A stretch of DNA of 64,000 bases from Gnetum montanum (taxonomy: Eukaryota; Plantae; Gnetophyta). Where the stretch lies: positions 454,110 to 518,109 of the forward strand of contig MNCI01002538.1 in NCBI GenBank assembly GCA_015680685.1, given 5' to 3'. This document shows, piece after piece, positions 25,401 to 39,800 of this stretch. Position 1 is the stretch's first letter; the number at the start of each line of letters is the position of its first letter. A program made the translations under genes and the position numbers. The notes beneath the pieces are model-generated. The model saw only the letters and a program-made list of their open reading frames with translations, was not told where the DNA came from and did not search any database.

Positions 25401-28400
25401 AGTATTTCCTCATTAGTTTTGGGATCAAATCTTCTCAAAGAATCTTTGTCATTTCGAATGTAACGTTTTGATCCAAAAACATGAAAGTAACCAACTAATG
25501 GCTTTTTACCAGTCCACAATTCATAAGGGATTTTAGTAGTGAATGTTCTTACTAGAACTCTATTGGAGACATAACATGTTATGTTGATTTTTTCATCCCC
25601 AAAAAGTGAGAAGGAATGTTTTGGTCATTCAAGATGGTTCTCCCCATTTCATTTAGAATCCTATTTTTCTTTTTTGCAACACAATTTTTTTTGTGGCATC
25701 CTTGGAGCAAAAACTTGATATAGAATAACATTCAATTGATAGTGTTGTTCAAATTTTGTAATTTTGAACTTTTTCACCATTATTAATTTTGATGACTTTG
25801 ATACCATATTTCTTTTCATTCTATATATGATTACAAATTCTCCTGAAATGACCAAAAGCTTCATCCTTGTGATACAAGAAAGCAACCAAAGTGAAACTAG
25901 AAAAATCATCAAAAATAATTAAAAAAATACTTTTTATTTTCCAAACTAAGAGTTTAAGAGGGATCAACCAAGTCCATGTGAAGTAATTCTAAAGGAAGAG
26001 AGGTCAAGATGCAATTTTTCTTACCAAACCTTATCCTTGTTTTCTTTTCTTGCTAACAAGCTTCATAAGTATTCAAGGAAAAATCCTTAAGTTTAGGAAA
26101 CCCTCTAACCATATCTTTCAAGATAAGGATTCAAAGAATGTCTTTTTTGATGTGACCCAATTTCCTATGCCACATATGAGCATCGCCTATATGGCTAATC
26201 AAGCACTTGGATTCAAGGTTAGGATTATCTCCAAAAATAGTAGTATAAACATTCAATTTTCTATTCCCTTCTATAATAACTATTCTAGATAGTGAATCTC
26301 TTACTTTACAAGTATCTTTGGAGAAGGTAGCATCAAAATTTGAATCACAAAGTTAACTAACACTAAGAAGATTGCATTTAATACCTTCAATAAAAAAGAC
26401 TTATTTAACAGTATGTTGATCCTTACCTCCAATGGTACCAGTATCTTTAATTTAAGCTTTCTTATCATCTCCAAATGTGAAAGTTCTATATTTTTATTCT
26501 AAAAAATGTACAACTTGAGATTTATCTCCTATCATATGTCTTGAACATTTGCTATCAATGTACAAAGTGCAACTTTTTATAGTAGAGAGTACAACTTGCA
26601 CAATCATTTTTTTTAGAACTCTTCTCTTTTTGCCTCCAAACTTTCATTTTCTACAACATACCTTTTCTAGACTCTTTTGGAAAAGATTAATTATAGTATT
26701 TCAACCATAAATAATAGGAGGACTAAATATGTCTAATTTTTCCATAATAGAAGCAAACTATTTTCTTAAATTTAGCTAAACAGTTAAACCTGGGAGAGTA
26801 TTTCCTTAAGTTCATAGGATCTGATGATGATTTGATGTGAGGATAGCTTCGATGTTGACCTATCTCCTTATTTTAAACATGTCTTCTATAGCTAAGCTTT
26901 GTAGCTAATAATTCCTTGTTAGTCTTCTCAAAAATGCTTCTTAGCTTTTGGACCTTAGTCATTAGGTCCAAGTTTTCTTTCTTAAGATAGAAACAATGAG
27001 AATGAAGTTCTTCTACCTTTATTTCCTTATCATGTAAAGTCTCTTTCATTTTCAAGCATAAATTTTAAAAGGATAATGCCTTATTACAAAGTAACTCATA
27101 CCTTTCTTCTAAAGTAATATCATCTTCTTCAACTTCATCATCAAATATTAAGTCATTGATGGGTTCTTAATTTGCCAAGGCTAATCACAAATTATGTGAA
27201 TATTTAGGTGTATGGCTAGTTTCTCCTTCATCACCCCAACTTGTATAGATATTGGTAGTTTTTATTTCTTCACTAGAATCTTTTCCTCATAACTTATAAG
27301 TACAAGAGCTTTTGGAGGTCATATGGCCTCTTCCACCACATATCCAACATTCCATAGAGGAGGTATCATGATTAGAAATGTTATATTACTTACCTCTTGC
27401 CTTATTGTTGCTATAGATGAATTAAGTACATCTCTTCAAAATGAATTTAATTAACCCTTACATTTTAGCTTTTTAGAAAGTAAAGTTGAACACATCTAAA
27501 ATTGTTAGCTTGATGAAATAAGCTCCCTTCATGTTTCACTCCTAAGATGTTATGCTTAACTTGGGAGTAACAAGGCTTCAATACCACTTAAAGATTAAGA
27601 ACTTAGAAGGGAGTTGAATAAGTTCCACCAATTAAAATCAAAACTACATGTAGATGTATGTGATTTCCCAACTTGGATACATCCACACTCAAAGCATAGA
27701 ATCCTTGTATACCTCTAGACCTTGTTCCTTCAAAAATGTGATTTCAAGATCACCACAACCATTACAAAGTTTAAGTTTTGCAACGAGATTTTTCACACAG
27801 AAACACATCCAATCCTACAAGGTTCTAAGAAGCTTAAAAGATGCCTTCTATAAAGAAGCACATCAACCCTGTAGGGCTTACAATGAAATAAAAGAAAGAT
27901 CAAGGAGAGAATATAACTACAATTACAAATTCCTTAATTTGAGGCTTTCATAGTAAAATACACAACTTATAATAGATGGAAAAAAAGGAGCTAAACAATA
28001 TGCAAGATGTATACAATGAATGTTTTTTACATGAAAAATTCTTGCCATTTTCCATAAAGATATTATCTCTTTTATAGCCTTTATCATTATTAAATAACTA
28101 TTGGAGATTGTACAATGATGAGAAAATGAATAGTTAGGATGTCTCAAATGAGCTTGAGACATCTTGTTGAGATTCTAGAGCTTGTATGTGGGAAGCCTTA
28201 TTCATCTTGATTGCGACGTCTCAGAAATACTTGGGATGTCTATTATTTTTCTAGGATGTCTAGCCTAAAAATGAGATTTGCAACTTGAACATCTTGCTGT
28301 AGAATGAGACGTCTTCGTAGATACCTTGTCACCTTCTTTGAACTTCTTGATGTCTTTCATCTTTGTAATTCCTTTCAAGTCTTTGCATACATTGTAGATC

Positions 28401-28447
28401 TTTTAACACTCCAATTATCCAGTAAAGTTCTAAGCTTGGTCTCATCA
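22450..28447 (-). mobile_element. Two-LTR decayed Ty1/copia, SIRE/Maximus lineage, no env-like ORF
   Basis: Direct-repeat LTRs at 27589-~28447 (5') and 22450-23348 (3'). PBS TGGTATTGAAGC (27586-27575); PPT AAAAAGGGGGGGAT-TG; C-rich LTR end TATTCAACCACCTTCT. Coding motifs: ECWICGGRGH, LYIDSKCSRHMIGD, WHRKLGH, ELLHMDL, YVDDIIF, CDNNSAINMTKNPIQHSCTKYIEIQHQFIREH. Confidence 0.92.
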
Positions 28448-28461
28448 TACATCTTCCTTAG

Positions 28462-29454
28462 TGATGAGTGGCGAGGTACCCTCTACACTCAACCATACGA
28501 ATATGAGCGTAACATGTGCGATCCATTCGAACTCCATAGACTATGTGCCTACACACCTCATGGAACACTTAAGGTTAATTATTCATTATCTTCCAAGACT
28601 TACTTGTATTTGTCATGGTGTATGGTTAAGTAAGTCCGAGGTATATGATTTTTATGTCTTTTCAGTTTTTATCTCCTATGCTGATAAGGTGAAGGTTTGA
28701 ACAGATTAATTAACTAACTCTAACTGACTAACTAAGACTTAATTAACCTAGCATTAGCATCCATTCCCACTTACCGTTCACACCCTGAACCAATGCAACC
28801 TTAGTTACCAAATGTTAGTCATTGCTGGGATCACCAAGCGTAACGCACGTGCTCGAAGTGGTTGTATTGAGGCACTTAACTAGGAGAGAAGGGTTGAGAA
28901 AGATTTAATAACTAATAAATAATTTAAATGGAAAACAATAAATAACAATAAATAAAATCCTATTTAGCCTACTCCATGCACTACAAGGTTTATCCAAGAA
29001 GTTTGTCTTTATTGCCATACACAAACATGTGTTCAGGTACAATATTTTCTCGAATAAAGATCCATTCACTTTGGAGCTCCTACTGTGGGCACATGGAACA
29101 TATTCTATCTTTGGAGAGGTAAAACTACTAGAGTTTTCGTTAGGGTCTAGATCTAGATGAGAAAACAAGGGAGAGCTACCTCTTATTTATAGACTTGGCG
29201 GTGCACCGTGATATTGCATATGTGATATTGTGGGGGATGATGCGATATTGCGGCCCATGAGATATCATGTCCCATCATAACCCCATGACTGAATAAAAAT
29301 GCATCATCGAGTTCCTTACAAAATATTTGGATGGTATGGGATTATTGACTCAAATGGAACTAATGGGATGACATGTGAAAGGATCATCATTACAAGACAT
29401 GATAAAACTGGTGTTTATGATAACAAGAGTAAACACCTTATTACATTGACATCA
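28462..29454 (-). mobile_element. Probable LTR (~1 kb)
   Basis: Bounded by inverted TGATG...CATCA, with TATAAATA on the minus strand (~29188-29181). No TSD, PBS or PPT confirmed. Confidence 0.45.
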
Positions 29455-31379
29455 AGCCTTATTTGGCAGTTGAGATAGAGAGAGAAAGAAGTTTTGCTGC
29501 TACCAACACCAAGATTGCAGCTTTTTTTGTCCATCCATAAGCACATCATCGATGTTTCTCCTTGCATAGCTATTTCATCACTACTCCATTCCAAGTGTTC
29601 CCTCCAGATCCAATCCGTTGTTGTATGATTTCCATCTACACACACAACACAATCTTGTATTAGCAAGGGTAAATGAATTTCAATGTAGTTGATACCTTGC
29701 TTTGGTGAAAGGTCCATTAGTTGAGTTGTGGTATGGCTGATTGAGGATCTGGAGATATAATATTGATGACTAACGAAGGTGTAGGGGTTAGGAGAAAATT
29801 GAAAAAATTGGGCCATGTACCCCCATGACTAATCGCGAACCTCCGGTAGCGATAGAATGGAGAAAGAAAAGAAATAGGAAAGATGGAGAAAAAGAGACAA
29901 CTAAAACATCGATGAAATGGATGTCAATATGGAAATAAACAAAATAAAATGGATCGCAAAAATGTTAAAGGGAAAGAAATTAACTAATGCACCAAAGAGG
30001 AATGTCAGTGGGTCCTCCCCAAAGTAGGCTCATGCCATTAATGCCCTGACAAACCCACATTCAAAGAGTCCATAGGCTCTGGGAATGCCAATTGGAACAA
30101 GAGTTAAAGTCTTAACCACAAGAATTTACCAAAAAGAACAATGCATCAACCAAAATATACACTAATGATACAACCGGAAATGAGGTGAACAATGGAGAGA
30201 AGGATGGAGAGAAGAGAATGGAATGGAATCCCAAGAACAAGGTGGTGTATAGCCCCTTGTGTGTTGCATGATTAATGTGACTTAGTAGATATCATTCCAA
30301 GTCTGGACTCAAACAAACCACTTTGAGTGACTTCGCATTAACGTAATCCATCCACTTGAAGCAACAAGAATGCCTTCTCCAAGAGCCACCACCATTCCAA
30401 CGAAATGAAAGAGGAGAAGAATGGGAAGCGAGAAGGGCCTTAGTTAGAGGGAACATTTTTATTTTGAGTTCCATAACCAGTGCTTGTAGCCCAAGGAATT
30501 ATTTTGTCTTAGGGGTGTGCTTTGAATTCTCATAGTTTTTTTTTTGTGTTTTATGTGTTTATGCATAAGAACCACACCATGCAAAGACTTTGTTATTTTT
30601 ATTCACTCAGCTTCCCAATAATGCAGCAACAACGGAACGGTAAGAAAAATCAAGAAGAAAACATCCAAGCACCCAAGAGAATGGCCAACACAGAAGCATC
30701 AAGTTCCCTTGAAGTCACACCCTTTTCAATCCTTAAGTCCTTCCTTAGTTTGAGAAATGCCCAGTCACTGATTAATTAATAGTTCTTATTAGAAAGGGAT
30801 GGTACATTTCCAAGCTGAGAGAGACCATAGAAATTGGTGGATGTCTCGATGAAGTGAACTCATTGCTTGCTATATCAAAAGAAACATACCTTAGTATCAA
30901 CATCATGACTTAAAGGTAAAAACCAGACATTAGAAATCATGATAAAAATAGTTCATACCAACATTAAGAACACTTATTGGTGACAAAATTACAGGATGGA
31001 TCACACACACACACACACACAAAAGAAATGAAAAAGGGTAACGATGTTGTAAAACAAAAATAAGAAAAGTAAAAGAAATTTGTGAAACAAAAACCTATAA
31101 AACAAAAATGTGTAAAAAGAAATGTGTAAAAAAAACTTAAAAAGAATTGAGGGCCCCAAATGATTTGCATAGGTGGCCATCTCCTCCATGAATGAATGGA
31201 AAGGGAGAGATCCAAAATAACGAATGCCTATTTGAATTTCTTAAAAGTGTCCAACTTCTCCCGATTGATGTTCTTAGATTAAGGGGTGGAAGTTGGTGAC
31301 GCTCATATTCCAATGTATCTATGCCTTCGTTATGGGCATGAGTTATTCCCGCAGTTCATTTCATGCATATTTTTTAATT

Positions 31380-33305
31380 GCTCTTTCAAGTAGCTATCAA
31401 CCATGGGGTGTCTACTACTTGTTTTGTTGTTGCTACATACAGGCATCTTTGTCTCAATGTTTCAAGGGCACACCTGTTGCATGGAGGAGATGCAGAACAT
31501 TCCTCCATGTCATGACCTGATGAATCACTATATGTGATGAATGGAACTTTCCTCTTCTCAATATTTCCATAAATTTTTACCTTAGATATTTTCAAGGAAA
31601 GATCGTGGATCCCTAAGCATGCATCTATTGTGCTTAGCCATGCCCTTCCCATTATAATTGAGAAGTCCCCTTCGTTATTGTTAACTTCTATCACCAGGAA
31701 ATCAGCTGGGTATGACCAACCACACACAGTGGTAACAATGTCCTCCACCAATCCCAAGGGAATGGTGATGGACTATTCAACCAGCTCTAGTTGAATGTTG
31801 CTCTTCTTGAGTTGGGGTAGGTTCCAGGATTAATACATCTCTCATGAAATTAAGTTGACTCCAGAACCTGAGTTAAGAAGAGCCCTATGAGGTTCGTTCC
31901 TGGTGACTTGGAGGTAGATTAAGGGATTTCTAGGGTCAGATAGTTTCTTGGGAAGGTGGCCTACCTTGATCCAGTCGGTTACAATATGTGTTAACATAAC
32001 CGTATGTGTTGAGCTCTGATATTAGTTTGAAGGGAGCTCCGAAGGCTTGTATGTTGGAGGAGTGTGCACAGACTCAACCACTTGTGATTGTGAGAACTTG
32101 TTTGGGCTTTTGGTTCTGAAGAAAGGTCTTCTCTTTTTGTAGTTGTCAGAACTAGCAGGGGGTTGGATGTTTACAGCTCTAGTAGCATTGTGTTGCTATG
32201 GTTGAGTGGGAGTTCCCCTTGCATTGTTGGAGCAGGTGGTATGAAAACTAACAGTGTGAGAAAGGTGGATGGATTAAGAGGATGGTATGGTTATGGAGCA
32301 TCTCCTAGAGGGGAAGGAGTTCTCCTAAAGTACTCCTGAAGTTGGTAGTGACGTTGGGGAGTTTGTGATCCATGGAGTTACTTGGAGAAATTGGCTACTG
32401 CACGTAGTAACCATATGGATCGAGTTGCCGGTAAGGGTACTATTGTTTCGGCAGTGGCATTCCCCATGACTATGGGTGTTGCCACTACTGATGTTGCCCA
32501 ATGGGTTGTGGTGGAGTTCCACTTGGATAATACATCAACGGTTGGTGGAATTGTCTTGGGTTACCTTGAGGATAAGGTAATCTTTGGGGTGTCTACCATC
32601 TGTTAAATCTCAAGTTGAGTGCATACACCCTAGACTCTTGTAGATGTGAGATGATTGGACAACATCCCTTAGGATGGTCATATTGGCAAATCTCACATCC
32701 ACCATCATTGTCTGAATCTGAATCCACAACTTCATTGGAGATAGTTATTTTCCCCTTACCCTTGTCATGTGCAAGGTTAAATCTCTCCACTTTTTCTTGT
32801 CCTTGTCACTACTTCGTTCCTCCTTAGACTCCTCTACAATTTTCAGGACAGTTTTAGTTTTACTGTCTAAGGAGCTCCATACTTCATCTACCTTCACTGA
32901 TACTTCTGTTGTTAATTTTTGAAGTGGCAAGGTTTTCCTGTTCATCAACTCTTCAAGTGGTGACTCATCCTCTTCATCTCAAAATCTCACTCCCTTCTTT
33001 TGGAGGGAGGGATCACGGTTATATTCTTCTGCACTTTTCCTTTTTCATATCTACCCCTCTTCTTTGGCTACTTATTCCAACAAGTGATGAATTTCATGGG
33101 ATCTAAGTTCTGATAGTTTCCCTTGGGCATAAGTCCCAAGGGTTCTCCTAGTTTCATACCTTAGCCCATCTATGAGATGGTGTAGTTGATCCTGTTGTGC
33201 ATAACCATGGCCCGGGCAACGATTTAACAATCCGTAGTAGCAGCCCATGGTAGCATCCAAGGGTTCATGAGTACCTTGCTTCCATCCTTGGATCTTCTTA
33301 TGCAA
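31380..33305 (-). mobile_element. Athila-like Ty3/gypsy gag C-half and protease; no RT downstream
   Basis: QGTHEPLDATMGCYYGLLNRCPGHG...LIDGLRYETRRTL matches Athila Q..E.L...ERF..LL..CPHHG..FY.GL. Also LPKKLSDPRNPLI (~31940), ALLNSGSGVNLI (~31870) and GLVEDIV...YPADFLVI...IIMGRAWLST. Confidence 0.85.
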
Positions 33306-33345
33306 ATTAACAATCTGTAGTAGCAGCCCATGGTAGCATCCAAGG

Positions 33346-35964
33346 GAGGTACCTCTTCATTGGTAGGGAGAGGCTCCCTAATGATAAGAGCCCCTACCGA
33401 GACTGGGGCCTCCATGTCTTTATTCGTTGCCCTCATCTTAGGGGATGACACTTCTTCATCACCTTCTTCTTCTTCCTCTGCTAGCAAGGAAGCAAGTTCG
33501 CATTAGTTCAAAGCAAGTTAGCTCAAAGCAAGTGTTATGCTATGCTACACCACCTAGTGCAGCATAGCATAGCAAATAATAAGAAAGTAAGAATTACACA
33601 ACAACATTTACCAATGGGGAGTTTGCATCCTCTGTAGTTTTATTCGCAGTCTTCGCCCCTCCTCCTCCTCCACACTAAGGGTTTCCTTAGCTAGGGGAGG
33701 CCTCTTTTATCGCAACTTGCTGGCCGCAGTCTTAGCTATGAAATATCCACCCCGTGATATGCTGACGTCCATGGCGAGGCGTGTCTCACCTATGTTGTCC
33801 TGGCTGCGAACGTTGTGGGCCACCCGATCCTTGGTCATTACAGAAAGCAACTTCCCAATTACCACTGGGGCATCCTGGGCTCAGATGGTATGAAAGACGT
33901 GGCAAATCCATGATCTAGAAATCTAGTTGTGATTTCGCATGACCTAGCCTCCTTTCTCTTGGACCACCAAGAACTCCATGAAGCGCTTAAGGTAGCCTAT
34001 GTAGAAGGCGTAATGGATGTTGGAATGGGACTCTGTTTTTGTATGGTGCCCCATGATTTTAGCCCGCAAGCCTTTACATAGGGACTCGACCCAGTTGTAA
34101 TGGGTCCCCTGGATAAGTAGCTGGGGGAATGCGTGAGCACGGAAGATGGAGTAGAACTCCTTGGCAGGTCCCTCCTTGAGTTTTTCCATGGGAAGCCCCT
34201 TGCATGCCTTGGTGAGCCCTAACCACTCCTGAAGGTCCTTCTTCTGAAGGGTCAACCCCATCTTGGATTTTGACCCTATCAGAATGCCTTCGACGAGGAC
34301 ACCGAAGAGGTCCGTGAATAGTTGGTCATTGATGTCAATGACCACCTACATACCATGCATGCGCAGGTCAAAGTGGCTCACCTTATCAAAAAAGGATTTG
34401 ACTAGGGTAAGAATCTCAGCTGTAGGAACATTTAGATTTAGGTTCAGGAATAGATCCATAAGCCTTTCCTTTTCAATGTTCTAGACCAGGGAGTCCGAAG
34501 CCTTGAAGTCCAGCCAACGTTGGCTCATCTCTACTTCTCCATACTTGAAGTAGACATGTGTCCCTTATATCCCGGTGGTTACCACCATCACCTCCAAGGG
34601 TTTCTTTGCCCCTGTAACATTTCAACAAAAACATTTAGCAAAAAACGTAGATAATTCAAAAATTGCAAAGACACCTAAACATGTGGCACTTACCGCTTGA
34701 CCTACCAGGTCGGTATGGTAGTGGGAATGGTGGGAGTTTAACCCAAACTTATTCAACCGTGACTAGTTTGAAGGGTTTCACCCACTCCTCATCCAGCCAA
34801 CCCTGCCCCTTACACTGATTATAGAGGGGAGAATATATGTCTAGGTAGGTTTGGTATTCACCCCGCATTGACCGATCACACCCGCCCGAAGGTTCTCAGC
34901 AGAAGAAAACTCCTGCAAGGCTAGTTGTGCTATAGCTAGTAAATCCGATAGGTCATGAACCCCATCCTCGTCAATGAAGAACCTGGTAGCAAGCGCATAC
35001 TATTAGCATTAGGCCACTATGGCTAGCATCGCACAAACACAGTAGAAATAAGTTGCGAAACTCACCCACCAGCAAAGTAGGCAGTTCCTTGAGGGTTCTG
35101 GAAGCACGTCGTCATGAAACGTGCAAGGAACAATGTGTTGAAATGGTGGTAGCTGCTGTACACAGGCATCTCTCAGATCCAAACCAAGCACTTTAACCTT
35201 GTTGGATGCTGACTAGATCCTTCCCCTTGCCTACTCATGATCACCTTGTTATTTAGAAACCTCAGAATGCCTCGNNNNNNNNNNNNNNNNNNNNNNNNNN
35301 NNNNNNNNNNNNNNNNNNNNNNNNNNNNNNNNNNNNNNNNNNNCCATCAATGAGTGTTAGCGTCATGCCTAAGCGTAATACACATGCAGCATAGTAACAC
35401 CTCATAGTTCATGCATATGGCATAGCATAACCCTCTCCCTGCACATAGCATAGCAAGAACACAAAATTTTAGCATAGCAAAAATATGCAAAATAAAAAGC
35501 TTAGCGTAGCAACAGAGCAATCGACAACATGACCTAATGAAACACGTACGGCCTAACCCTCTTAAGGGTTCTACGTCACACCATTCGAAGGTCAAGAAAC
35601 CTAAACTACCTAAGCCCCCGTGGTTATGACAATCACAGCAGTGGTGGTTTAAGCGACCTTGCATGCAACTATGACATAATGATTATGCATCTGCCATGAC
35701 CTAAATGGTGACATCAGCAATGCAAGGGCCATAATAACGTGACAACAAAAAACATAGGTAGCCAAGGATAGGATGCCGAACGAAAGTAGAAAACAACAGA
35801 AAACACAAAATGATAAGAAGATTTTGAAGAAGGCAGAGGAAGCATGGTAACATACTGGGTCAATGGAATGCTCCTCTACACCGCAACGTGCGCTTGCATC
35901 ACACCCCTAGGGTCTTCTTCCCCTCCTTAACCTTTGCAAGCACCAAATGAGTCTTAGGAGCCAT
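33346..35964 (-). pseudogene. Decayed, apparently spliced, retroelement-associated accessory ORF of unknown function
   Basis: acaATGGCT (MAPK...) at 35964 lies downstream of TAAATA and AAACCCTAG (~36120-36101). Candidate donors GTATGT 35855, GTAAGT 34693 and GTAAAT 33611; acceptors TTACAG 34612 and TGCTAG 33481. The ~1 kb exon 34611-33612 reads in one frame with scattered stops and includes the ORF 34345-33944. Confidence 0.55.
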
Positions 35965-36885
35965 TGTCCTGCTTGCAGATTTACACTCTTCGCTGTAAAA
36001 ACTTGCCTTGTTAGTTGTCAACACAATTACTTCGTGCTCCGAAATTGCTTTGTGCTCCGATGTGGGCTCTGCACTCTTACGGTGGAGAATGGAAAAATTA
36101 CTAGGGTTTAACCCCTATTTACGGCTGTAATGACAAGATGGGGAAACTTGCTACTCTCTCTCTCTCTCTGATTAATGTGGAGCATGTTGTATAGCGTAGC
36201 ATGCTCACCATGACATCCTAGCACTATTGACATTAAAGCCTTGACATGCTTCAATCCAACTACTTGCTTTCCCGAAAATAAAAAAATATATTTTTTTTTT
36301 GATTAAGGGTCCAAAAAGACCTTAAACTAGCAATCCTAACATAGTTGCACCTCTAAGGGTCCGAAAAGACCCTAAACTAGCAGTTTCAACCTATTACGTT
36401 CATAGTCCACAATGACGTTAAAATAACAACACCACATGCTTAAATGGATAATTTTCGCATCCTCTTCCACATTTGCAGTGTCACAATTTCTAGCAGTTTC
36501 ATGTTTTCATGTTAGCAGTTCATATTTTCACATTGACGATTTGGCACTTCTCATACTCGCAGTTTCCTGTTTTGCATACTATCATTTTGCATGTTAAGAT
36601 TTTGCATGTTACAATTTGGTAGTCTGAAATGACACTAAACTAGCAGTTTGGCATTTTCATATCAATAGCCACACAGCTTCACACTTTACATCAGCAGTTT
36701 TACATCTTTAGCAGTCCTACACTCTTGTACCTTGGTAGTCTGCCATGACCCTAAACTGGAAAACTTTCAATCTTTACATCATCACACTTCGCAAATTGCA
36801 TCTCATCACTGCTTTGCAAACTTTCATTACACACAATCTCTGCCAACAGATGCCTCTTAACCAGGATTTTATCTCATGTTGGTAG

Positions 36886-39800
36886 GATGAGCAAGAGATG
36901 GAAATCCATCATGACCTCTCCATGCCCTTAATGATAACAGGTCCACAGGGCAAGCTCATGAGACAGTTGGACCCCAACATGATCGACTGGGGATTGACCA
37001 CAAACAACATTGTAGTTGCCTTAGAAGAATCCCCAAACTTGCCCAAGCATCTAGTCCAAGCCCTAGACTTAGAGGCTAGGGATGTAACTGAGGACCCTCT
37101 CGATGAGATGCCTGTCACCACATCAAAGTGAAAGGTGAAAATGTTAAGACTCAGCTCCCTCCTAGACACACAAATGCACAAAAACGTAGCCAAGATTCTG
37201 CAAGACAACATCGATGTCTTCGCATGGTCATACAACAACATGCCGAGTCTGGATCCGTGGCTGATTTAGCACAACATCATCCTAGACCCACACATGAAGG
37301 TAGTCAAATAGAAAGCTCGCAAAGTTAAGCTAGAAATCACACTAGCTATGAGGGATGAAATCACCAAGCTATACCAAGCAGGTTTCATCCGCATGGTTGA
37401 CTATTCAGAGTGGGTGTCCAACGTCGTTGGGGTTCAAAGAAAATGGGAGGAATACGAATTTGTATAGATTTCTGGAACTTGAACAAGGCAATGATCAAGG
37501 ATAACTTTTCACTTCCAAGCATTGATTAGCTCATCGACACCATGGCTGGTCATGCTCTACTCTCCTTCATGGATGGTTTCTCTGAATACAACCAAATCTG
37601 CATTAACCCAAAGCACCAGCTATCAACAACCTTCATGATCCCATGGAGGACCTTCTACTACATCATGATGCCCTTCGGGCTCAAAAATGCTGGAGAAACC
37701 TACCAGCGATCCATGACCTACATTTTCAGTGACTACATCATAGAAACATTAAACAACTATGTCAAATATAGCAGTCAAGTCCAAGGAGGTAACTAATCAC
37801 CCACATGATCTAGGAGTAGTCCTCAAATGTTTCCAAATGTACAACTTATGCCTCAATCCTAAGAAGTGCGTCTTCTAGGTGAAAATTGGATGCATGTTAG
37901 GGTCCGTAGTATTGGAGGCTAGGATATGGGTGGATCCTAACAAAGTTAGGGCCATCGTCAACTTGGCGCCTCCCACAAACCTTAAGGAGTTACATGGCTT
38001 GCAAGATAGAGTGCAATTCATTTGAAGGTTCATAGCAAGGTTGACCGACAAGTTACATCCCATGCAACATCTTCTAAAGAAAGGGGTTAACTTTGAGTGG
38101 AAAACCCAGTGTCAACAAGCCTTCGATGACCTAAAGAAGAAACTCTCACATCTCCCGACTGTGCATCCACCACAAAGGGATAAACCTTTATTTATCTACC
38201 TCGCCACCTCCGACACATCTGTTGCGGCACTGCTATGTCAGAAGAAAGATGATAGTTTTGAGATACCAATGTATTATCTAAACCACGCACTAATAGTGCA
38301 TGAGGAAAAATAGAACAAAGTGAAGAGGAATTTCCTTACCTTGGTGTTCGCACTAAAAAAGTGGCGGCATTACCTATTCCGTAGTACAACCAACATCATT
38401 TGCAAAAGCAATATACTTCGGGCTATCACTAACAACCTATACGAAAGTAGCAAGATAGCTCGATGGAAGGAAATAACGACAAAGTTCAATTTACACTATG
38501 TAAGTCAATCATCAACAAAGGGTCAAGCCATAGCAACCTAACTCATGGCCTCACCAGTCGTCGACTAGGCAACCATAGACCCTAAATTCCTAGACGAATA
38601 CGTTAGCAATGTGAACATCATCCCATCACATTTTGAAGCCACTTTACACTTCGATGGTGCCTCAACCACATGAGGAGGTAGCGCTACTGCCGTCATCATG
38701 TTCCCCTCTGGGGAAATGCATCTATCCGCTTATCATTTTGCGTTCCCTTACAAAAACAATGTGGTAGAATATGAGGGGCTACTTAGAGGCCTCTTAATCG
38801 CCTGAGCATTGCGCATACAACACCTGGAAATCTGAGGAGATTCACAACTAGTCATGAATCAAATCACCGAGGTCTACACCTACAAGGCTATGCACCTACA
38901 ACCCTACTGTGACCTAGCAAAAATCCTGCTTAAACAATTTGCAACCACAGATGTGCAACACATGCCACACAACAAGAACACCGTGGAAGACTCCTTAGCT
39001 ACCCTTGCATTAAACATTCCATCACATTCCTTGGCAAACCTACCAACCTCGATTATAGAGTGCACACAGCCTATCACTCAGGTGCAACACGTGGCCTCTG
39101 TCAATGCTACGGATACACAGGAGTGGTACACCAATGTTAAAACTTATCTATAGCATGGCAAACCCCCAGATGCATTGACATCTGCCCAGAGAGATGCAAT
39201 CCGTAAGCGTGCTCGACAATACGTGCTCATGGGAAATGATGCCCTGTGCCAAAATTCCTACGATGAGATATTATTGGCATGCGTGGGTGGCAAGAAAGCA
39301 CAGAAAGTAGTTAATGAAGTTCATGAGAGGCTGTGCGGTGGACACATAGCACCCAGGGCTATGTCTACAAGAATCGAACACCTAAGGTAATATTGGCCCC
39401 ACATGGAGCGTGACTTCCTGTCAAAAGTCAAGACATGCGACACGTACCAGAGATATGCAAATCTCATACACATAGCACCTGCAAACCTACACCCAACACA
39501 AATCACGTGCCCCTTCCAACGATGGGGACTAGACCTCATAGGGCCTATCACGCCTAAATTCTCCACAGGGCATAGTTTCATTATCACCGCCACTGAGTTC
39601 TTCACCAAGTGGGTGGAAGCTATCGCCCTAAGGAAGACGATGTCTCAGCAAATCTATCATTTCATCCTAAACAACATTGTAACAAGATTCGGGCTTCCAA
39701 TGACTATTGTGATTGACAATGGGCCATAGTTCAGTAGCACAGAAACCCAAACCTTTTACAACAATCTAAGCATTAAACAATCATTCTCTTCCCCCTGTTA

